27,684 nt of DNA from Macrostomum lignano (taxonomy: Eukaryota): assembly GCA_002269645.1 (NCBI GenBank), contig NIVC01005051.1, forward strand, positions 1-27,684, read 5' to 3'. Numbering within the stretch: the first letter of the stretch is position 1; each line of letters opens with the position of its first letter. The notes beneath the pieces are model-generated. The model saw only the letters and a program-made list of their open reading frames with translations, was not told the DNA's origin and did not search any database. This document shows, in pieces, positions 11,001 through 20,000 of this stretch. The translations under genes were made by a program, and so were the position numbers.

Positions 11001-14000
11001 TGCTCAATATCCGTCGAAACCAGTCGAAGGACATGGAGAAACGTGAGTTCTTACAACACGAGCGTAAATTATGTCGTAGAAACCTCGTGTAAGCAAAGTT
11101 TTTTTATGTACAACAAGTACAAGTTGAATACTGTGACAAAATAACATGCAGTCGCACCTGCAAGTGTCACGGTTCATCGGCTCCGCACTTAGTGGTCCGA
11201 AATTAAGAAGTCCCTGACTTTAGCATGACATAAAAGTGATCTCAGTAACACGCCCATTCAATTAAAACTGTTTTTGAAACTCCAGTGAAAGTGGCGATTC
11301 GAGATGAAAGCAGCAGCGATTGCAGCTACTTTCGGCTGGGCAACAACGCCAACTCGCAGGGCGACTCGTTTTTCTCGGAGCCGGACCCGACCTTTCCAGG
11401 CAGGACGCGGCCCTCTCAGACGGTGGTAACAACGGTAAGATTGCGCCTATCTGTTTGAAACTACAAGCTTTCATACGTCATAAGCGTCAGTTAGAACTTC
11501 GAGTTGAAGTTGTGTGTGCTGGCGAGTTCTTGCCTTCCTTGCTGAAACCAGCTGATTAGTAAAACATAATCTTGTAGACTGAAGCCCTGTATGCGTTGCA
11601 AGCTACTGTCTTTAGTCTGCTTAGCCAAATACTACGGCTTTGATGAGTAAACCATTTTATTTAAGTTTCAACATCTGAAAGCTTATCATTCATTTTTGTC
11701 TAATCATTTTTAGGTGATCAAAAGCGATCTCAATGCCTATCAGCTGGCTACTCCGGAGGAGGCGAGTCCCAGCTACTCCTACTCAATGAGCATGATGAAC
11801 GAGAACGCGCTGGAATTCGCGGTCACCGATCTTGACGACCAGTCCTGGGTTGAGATGCGCCTATTGCGCAATGTGAGCGCCAGCAAGCTCACTGATGTCT
11901 ACTTGACAACCAGACCGAGGTCTGACAGGATGGGAAAGCACGTTATCACTATCAGCAAGGGCTCGTCTCTGTTTGTCAAGGTGGAGCGCTACATCAACTA
12001 CAGAAGCCTCGCAAGTTCCGACAGTTTGCCAACGGAAGACTTCGAAATTTTGGTCTTCCTTCGAAAAGACGGCACACCGTCAGAGAGAAACTACGACCAT
12101 CTTGTGCCAGCTACCGCTGCTCAGGCCCAGGGTCGCCTGCGGTCCGCCAAGCCAGGTTGTTGATAGACGCTTGACTCAAACTACACGATAGGTCTGTGCA
12201 ACTGCACCAAAGCAGCGGATGGGAGCTACACAAACTGCCTGTACGCTGGCGAGCCGAACGGCTTATCGCTCCAGTCAGAGGCTGGTTGGGAGCTGGCCCA
12301 CTGCCAGTGCCTTGAAAACCGCTGCTTCCGACAAGGCGCCTGCGCCGCTGCTCAGGACTTGCTGCCGGATCCATGGACCTGCTTCTTTCCCAGCGATTCG
12401 CTTGGCACGTAAGCATTCAGGGGAGCCTAATTAACTAAACAGTTTTCGGGGAAAGATTGGTGTTTAGAAGAGAACACAGCTGGTGTTTAGGAGAGAACAC
12501 AACTGGCGTTTAGGAGAGAACACAGCTGGTGTTTAGGAGAGAACACAGCTGGTGTTTAGGAGAGAACACAGCTGCTGTTTAGGAGAGACGTGAGTTTTTG
12601 AGGACACAGAGCCGATTTGGGGAAGCTTGCCTCTTAAATTTGCTTGATTTGAATATTCATCTGCAACCCAACGCAGACGAGGCGCGAAACAGAAGTGGCG
12701 CTTCGGCGTGAGAATGCTGAAGATTCCCGCTAGCGGCAGAGAAAAGTTCAGCGACACCTCAATTGGCAATCCGACTGGACGGTTGAACATCGACAGAAGT
12801 CTCTATATCGAAGCTGAAGTGAAGCTGTCGTCTTACCTATCAGCCTGCAACTACGTAAATTTGAAGGACTTCCAGCTGGAGAATACGGGATTATATGTGA
12901 GTCAACTTTTATATCATGAACAAGGTGCAGTGAACCTATTGTTGTGAAGGTGTTGCAACATTTTTTCAATTGCCAACCACTTCGCATCAGGAGGGTCGGT
13001 GCTCCACGCCCACCATGCTGCACTGCTACTCGCGCCACTTGACCTCATTCATGGCTAATTTCTACGTGCCACCCATCGAGTTTGACGCGGCCGACTCATC
13101 CTGGCTGCGGCTCGACACCAACCCCATCGCATTCGCCCTGTGCATCGCCGTTGTCTGCCTTTACCTCATCGTAATAGTCTGGGCCAGGCGCAAGGACGAG
13201 CGCGACCTCATCCAAGTGGGCATTGTGCCGCTCATCGACAATTACCCGGCAGATCCGTACCGGTAAATTGCTTGTTGGGGCTGGTTGCTATGATCAAAAT
13301 TTGTAACTTGAAGAGCAGTGCCGGATTAAAAAGTTCTCAGTTTGGAGATTTTACGAGTATTCCAGGCAAAGTAGCAATTGTTATCCTTTTTGAACTGGGA
13401 TGAAATGTAACTGTGGTTATAGTTCACGATTATTTATCTTGACTCTGCCTTGATATTGTAGATTGTCAAGAAATATTATATTTTAAACTTTGGGAGAAAA
13501 TGATCACAACTCACATAACATAAGAGAACCCATAAAACGCAGTGACGGAGGCATCCTGCTGTACAACGCGGAGATGCGGATGTTGACAGTTGGCGGTTGG
13601 ACTCGTGCTCAGCTGCAAATTAGACCCATCATCATGCACCTTCACAACTGGAAGATCCACTTGTCGCCCAACCTAGTCAGAAAGTCCTGCCTGTTGCTCA
13701 CCTTCCAGGGTCCGCCCTTGACCCATCGACACGTGGACTGTCTGCCGTGCAATGCAGCCAACGGGGGCTGAATATTTACGCTCAATCGCGCAGCGAAGCT
13801 TCCCATCTAACGCTCCCTGGCGAGCTTAGGGCTGCATATTTTGCTGTTTGCGTCACTGCTAGGAATCAGAAAAAACCCACAATTCAGCTCCAGCTCGTAA
13901 GGTCTCTATAGTTGACAAAAAAACTGTGATTACTGAAACACCTGCTCCGCAGGTACGAGCTCACCTTCTGGACTGGCAATCAGCGAGGTGCGGGCACCAC

Positions 14001-17000
14001 TGCGAACGTGTGCTTCATTCTGACTGGCGAGAGCTGCGAATCGGGACGCCGGCCACTGAACACTCCGATTCGGCCGGTGCTGTCCAAAGGCAGCGTGGAC
14101 ACATTCCACATGACCACACCGCACAGCCTTGGCCGGCTTTCTCACCTGAGAATCTGGCACGACAACAGCGGCTCGGATCCCTGCTGGTACCTCAGCCGGG
14201 CGATGATCGTGGACCAGCAGACCGGGGAGAAGTACCACTTCATCTGCAACAGGTGGCTCTCGTGCGCAGAGACGATGGCATGGTATGGATAAAAACCAAA
14301 GATTTCTCGATAGATTGCAGACAATTTTACTGATTTTAGTAAAACCCATGATTTACTTTTGAGGCGAATATGAGTAGACCCGGATATCCACAAAACGCTT
14401 TGCTTGCAGTTGAGTTGTAGTCGCACCTGTCTGTACTCTTTCTAAAACTTTTTTCGCGCTATCCCCACTACTACATTCGAATGATCAAGAGCTGCTTGGT
14501 TTTAAATGTCTAGCTTCACCTATTAGATTTACTTTCAATCAAACTGCCAAACCACCGTCAAGGTTGAACGCGTGTTTCCCGTGCCTCCGAGGAGGAGCTG
14601 CGCGCTTTCAATGTGGTGTTCTGGAGCAAGGCGCACGTGGGCATGCGCGACGGTCACCTGTGGCTGTCGGTGGTGACCAGGCCGGCTAGGAGCCGATTCA
14701 GCCGAGTGCAGCGGGCCACCGCCTGCCTGGTGCTGCTCATGAGCACCATGATGGCCAACATGATGTACTTCGACCAGACTAAGTACGTTGAGAGTCCGCG
14801 AATAGTGGAGATCGGCACCGTGAAGCTCACGCTGAACAGCCTCTACGTTGCCACGGTGTCCACGCTGGTCATTCTGCCAATTAACTTGCTAATCATCGTA
14901 CTGTTCAAGTACCGCAGAGTCCGCCACTATGCCGCTGGCAAAAGCGAGGGCGGTTCGAAACCGGGAGCCGCTGACGCGCGTGAGGCGTCGAATAGACGAC
15001 AGAGTCTGCGGCGCGAGCTGCTGCTGGCTTTGTACAGCGAGTTCAACACCGGAGACGATTACTGGCAGCCGGAGGTGACGCCGCCGCCTACCGATCCAAC
15101 CAAGCCGCTGACGCCGGCTTCAGCTCTCTCGGCCGGACAGTCGGCGGCCACTCCGCAGCAGCTGGAGTTGGTTGACCTGGCCGAGTCCCAGCAGCAGCCG
15201 GAACAGCCGGAACAGCCGGCCAGCTGCTGCCGTCGTCTGGCATCTGCTGTGTGGCCGCTGCCGTGGTGGTCGCACTACGTTGGCTACGTGCTGTCCTTTG
15301 CCAGCGTGGCCGCCTGCGTCTACCTCATGGTGGAGTTTGGCGGCGTCCTGGGCGAGAAGAAAACAGCAGAATGGCTGGCCGCGATGGCCGTCACCGTGCT
15401 GGAGTCCGTGCTGCTTGTGCAGCCAATCAAGATCGCTTTGGTCATCCTGTTCTATGCTCTGATCTTCGGGAAGGTCAGCGAGGACGAGGACGAGATGATG
15501 CAGGAGCTGAAAAACGCGGCGTGCCGAAAATTCACGAGGTCCTGCCGTTGCGCGACGCCTCCAACCTGCAGGCCATGCGGCAGTTCCTGAGATCGCTGGC
15601 AGTGCCGACAGCTCCGAAGCCGCACGTGCTCAGCAGATGCGCAAGCTGAGGTGAGGCGCCGAATCACGTAGCACTTTGCATACTCTGCTCCGTGCGACCA
15701 AGGGGGCTCTAAAGTCTACAAAATCAATAATGTTTTAGAAAGTTAAAGCAGTAAGGAATGGATGAATTGAAGTATGGTTAGTGTACTTAAAGCTTAATGG
15801 GATTCTTGAGCACGTTTGCAATCCGACATTTTAGACTCCGAGAGAAGCAGCTGGACGCCATGATCAGAGACGCCATATTCTACCTGATCTTCCTCACCAT
15901 CCTCGTCCTGACTGCTTACACCAACACGGACAGCAGGGCCTACCTGCAAACTCCAGCCTGCAGGGCATGCTGCTCGAAGCCAGTCACCTGGCTGAGTCGC
16001 GGCTCTCCAAGGGAGCGATCTATTCGATTGATCAGGTGAAAACCGCGCCGGATTCTGGCAGTACCTGAACAACACGGTCGTCCCCGCACTGTACCCCATG
16101 GCGTGCTACAACGGCAAGGCCTGCGGCATGCTGGCCAGCAATCTGGTTGGCGACTTTGCCGACTATCTGGTTCGGCAGCCGCGGCTTCGCCAGCTGCGCC
16201 TGAAGCCGGAAGCGGCGTGCCGTGTTGCTGGAGTATTCGCCGACTCCGTGCCCCCGTGCATCGAGGATTACGAACTCGTTTACGATGACGAGCGCGCCTA
16301 CCTGCCAGGCTGGCTGCTTCGAAACGGATCAGGTAGATGCTGCTCAAGTCCATTAGGACACCCGACAATTTTTAGTGCTATTTAAAGTGTAATTCTGCGA
16401 AACGAGAAAGTGTGGTGGTACGAGTCTACCAAGCTGTGGCAGTAAAAATTAAAAAAAAATGTGGCAGAAAATTGGCCAGAATTGGGACAGAGAGTGTACA
16501 TGCCTGACGACTAGAATGTCAGGGCCGCTATACACTGTGTGAGCGTGGATAAGTGCGTGTCTGCGTACAGTATTGGCGCTTGCATGTGCTGTCGTCAGCG
16601 CTGGTTGTTGGACGATGTCGCAGAAGACAACCTTCCTGCAGTTATTAATATTATTAATATTGGCATACGTATCTTCTACCTAAATTACCTAGTTTAAAAC
16701 AGAAATTTTGAAAAGCCTCGCGTATTCTCTTTCTTTCTCAGCCGGGCCGGCCTACTCAGAGTGGAGCTACACAAGCGCCCTGGACTCTCTGGGCGTGCCC
16801 CTGGCCGGCCTGCTCGCCACCTACTCAGGCGGTGGATACTCAGCTTACCTTGGCGACTCTCGTTCGAGCGCCAGCGGCGCCATCAAAAACCTGTCCTCGC
16901 TGCACTGGCTGGACCGGCTGAGCCGCGGCGTCGTCCTGGAGCTGCTGCTGTACAACCCGGCCAGCAACCTGTACACCTACGCCAGCCTGCTGTTCGAAGC

Positions 17001-20000
17001 CTACAGGGGCGGCGGCTTCGTGGCCAATCCGAGCATCCGCACCATCCGGCTGGACCGCTACAGCGGACCGGAGGCGCTGCTGTACGCTCTGCTGGACCTG
17101 GCCAGCCTGCTGCTGGTCATCGCCTTCATCGTCCGGGAGGCTCGGGCTCTGTGGAGGAAGCGGTGGGCCTATTTCCAGGTAAATTGGAAGCTGTTGTACA
17201 GGTATGGAATACAGTTTGCGGATCTGGGATGGTTTCAGGTAGCTTGCTTGTAGATGTATGACATTGGATAGTGTATGGGATGGAATAGAGTAGATGGGGA
17301 TGGGATAGAGTAGATGGGGATGGGATAGAGTAGATGGGGATGGGATAGAGTAGATGGGGATGGGATAGAGTAGATGGGATGGGATAGAGTAGATAGGGAT
17401 AGGGATAGAGTAGATGGGGATGGGATAGAGTAGATGGGGATGGGATAGAGTAGATAGGGATGGGATAGAGTAGATGGGGATGGGATAGAGTAGATGGGGA
17501 TGGGATAGAGTAGATGGGGATGGGATAGAGTAGATGGGGATGGGATAGAGTAGATGGGGATGGGATAGAGTAGATGGGGATGGGATAGAGTAGATGGGGA
17601 TGGGATAGAGTAGATGGGGATGGGATAGAGTAGATGGGGATGGGATAGAGTAAATGGGAATGAGGATAGAGTAGATGGGGATGGGATAGAGTAGATGGGG
17701 ATGGGATAGAGTAGATGGGGATGGGATAGAGTAGATGGGGATGGGATAGAGTAGATGGGAAGGAGGATAGGATAGATGGGGATGGGATAGAGTAGATGGG
17801 GATGGGATAGAGTAGATAGGGATGGGATAGAGTAGATGGGGATGGGATAGAGTAGATGGGGATGGGATAGAGTAGATGGGGATGGGATAGAGTAGATGGG
17901 GATGGGATAGAGTAGATGGGGATGGGATAGAGTAGATGGGGATGGGATAGAGTAGATGGGGATGGGATAGAGTAGATGGGGATGGGATAGAGTAGATGGG
18001 GATGGGATAGAGTAAATGGGAATGAGGATAGAGTAGATGGGGATGGGATAGAGTAGATGGGGATGGGATAGAGTAGATGGGGATGGGATAGAGTAGATAG
18101 GGATGGGATAGAGTAGATGGGGATGGGATAGAGTAGATGGGAAGGAGGATAGGATAGATGGGGATGGGATAGAGTAGATGGGGATGGGATAGATTTGTGT
18201 TGAGTCTAAAATAAACATCGCTTTGGTGAAGGTCCATATATGTACCTCGAAAACTTCACTAAAATGTTCCAAATTAACAATGCCTTTCACAAAAATGACA
18301 CCAGGACCAGTTCAAGTGCCTAGACATCTGCCTGCTGCTGTTCTGCACAGCCGAGGTGGTTCTCTACCTGGTGAAGATTGCTGTGCAGCAGGCTTTGGCC
18401 AGCTTCATGCAGGCCAACTCGGACAAGTTTATCGACTTCCAGTGGCTGATTGTGTACGATGAGGTACGGAGTTTGGCCTGAGCTACCTGAGTTTATAGAG
18501 ATATGAGAGCATCTACTTGAGTTTGTAGACATATGAGAGCATCTACTTGAGTTTGTAGACATATGAGAGCATCTACTTGAGTTTATAGACATATGAGAAC
18601 ATCTACTTGAGTTTGTAGACATATGAGAGCATCTACTTGAGCTTATAGACATATGAGAGCATCTACTTGAGTTTGTAGACATATGAGAGCATCTACTTGA
18701 GCTTATAGACATATGAGAGCATCTACTTGAGTTTGTAGACATATGAGAGCATCTACTTGAGTTTGTAGACATGAGAACATCAACTTGAGTTTATGGAGAT
18801 AGGTGTATCTACCTGAGATTACTGCCAACTCCGAACCCGCAGATCAACCAGGTGTTCATCGGCATCATTGTGTTCCTCTTCACCATTCGGTTCCTTCGCC
18901 TGCTCAACTTCAACCGTCGAGGAGTTCTGCTGCTAGAGGTGCTGAAAACCGCGACTAAGCCGCTGCTTACTTTCGGCCTGATGGCCGGCCTTCTGTTTGT
19001 AGCGTTCGTGCTGGCCGGCCACCTGCTGTTCGCCTGCTCGATTCGGGAGTTTCGAAGCTTCACCGCGGCTGCGGAGGCGCTGAGCATCCTGGCTACTAGT
19101 GAGGCTCACTGGCAGATGGAGCTTGAGGGTGGGGCTACTAGTGAGGCTCACTGGCAGATGGGGCTTAAGGGGGGGGGGCTACTAGTGAGGCTCACTGGCA
19201 GATGGGGCTCAGGGGGGGGGCTACTAGTGAGGCTCACTGGCAGATGGGGCTCAGGGGGGGGGGCTACTAGTGAGGCTCACTGGCAGATGGGGCTCAGGGG
19301 GGGGGCTACTAGTGAGGCTCACTGGCAGATGGGGCTCAGGGGGGGGGCTACTAGTGAGGCTCACTGGCAGATGGGGCTCAGGGGGGGGGCTACTAGTGAG
19401 GCTCACTGGCAGATGGGGCTCAGGGGGGGCTACTAGTGAGGCTCACTGGCAGATGGGGCTCAGGGGGGGGCTACTAGTGAGGCTCACTGGCAGATGGGGC
19501 TCAGGGGGGGCTACTAGTGAGGCTCACTGGCAGATGGGGCTTAAGGGGGGGGGCTACTAGTGAGGCTCACTGGCAGATGGGGCTCAGGGGGGGGCTACTA
19601 GTGAGGCTCACTGGCAGATGGGCTCAGGGGGGGGGGCTACTAGTGAGGCTCATGCACTGGCAGATGGAGCTCAGGGGGGGGGCTACTAGTGAGGCTCACT
19701 GGCAGATGGGCTCAGGGGGGGGCTACTAGTGAGGCTCATGCACTGGCAGATGGAGCTCAGGGGGGCTACTAACAAGGCTCATTAATTTAGGCCAACAGTC
19801 ACAAGAGGGCCAGACTATGAGGACAAGAACCTCACCCCTTTGCCTGTGGAAAGCTCTGTCAATGATCAATTGTATAAATATTATAAGCACCATTTACTAC
19901 AAGTAAACGTGAACTGCGGGCACCTTGACTCGAGAAGCTTCCTGACACAGCGCTCACAGGGTGTACAGCGGCCCTGGCTAGACCCCAAAGTTACTTTGGC

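Noticed and set aside
13539-13859. 9-bp inverted repeat GCAGTGACG/CGTCACTGC as transposon TIRs
   Set aside because: Short, no TSD, and the interior looks like a non-LTR fragment.
7795-16050. Programmed -1 ribosomal frameshifting at the breaks
   Set aside because: No consistent X XXY YYZ slippery heptamer at the sites, and nine serial events would give negligible full-length product.
4854-16368. Numerous overlapping alternative-frame and antisense ORFs over GC-rich exons
   Set aside because: Shadows of the polycystin CDS; only the parts used to bridge frame breaks carry family motifs.
16504-16510. CTGACGA as a second hammerhead core
   Set aside because: No stem II followed by GAAA downstream.
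16840-18290. Long minus-strand ORFs (465 aa and 351 aa) of HPHLLYPIPIYSIPSPSTLS repeats
   Set aside because: Stop-free reading of the 20-bp intronic minisatellite plus antisense of exon 21; no independent gene signals.
18320-18772. MSTNSSRCSH-repeat ORF
   Set aside because: Translation of the 30-bp intronic array.
19099-19729. ATSEAHWQMGLRGG repeat as a genuine protein repeat domain
   Set aside because: A donor at 19099 spliced to 20137 gives a normal pore loop and last TM. Full read-through changes frame with poly-G length. Kept only as an alternative-donor hypothesis.
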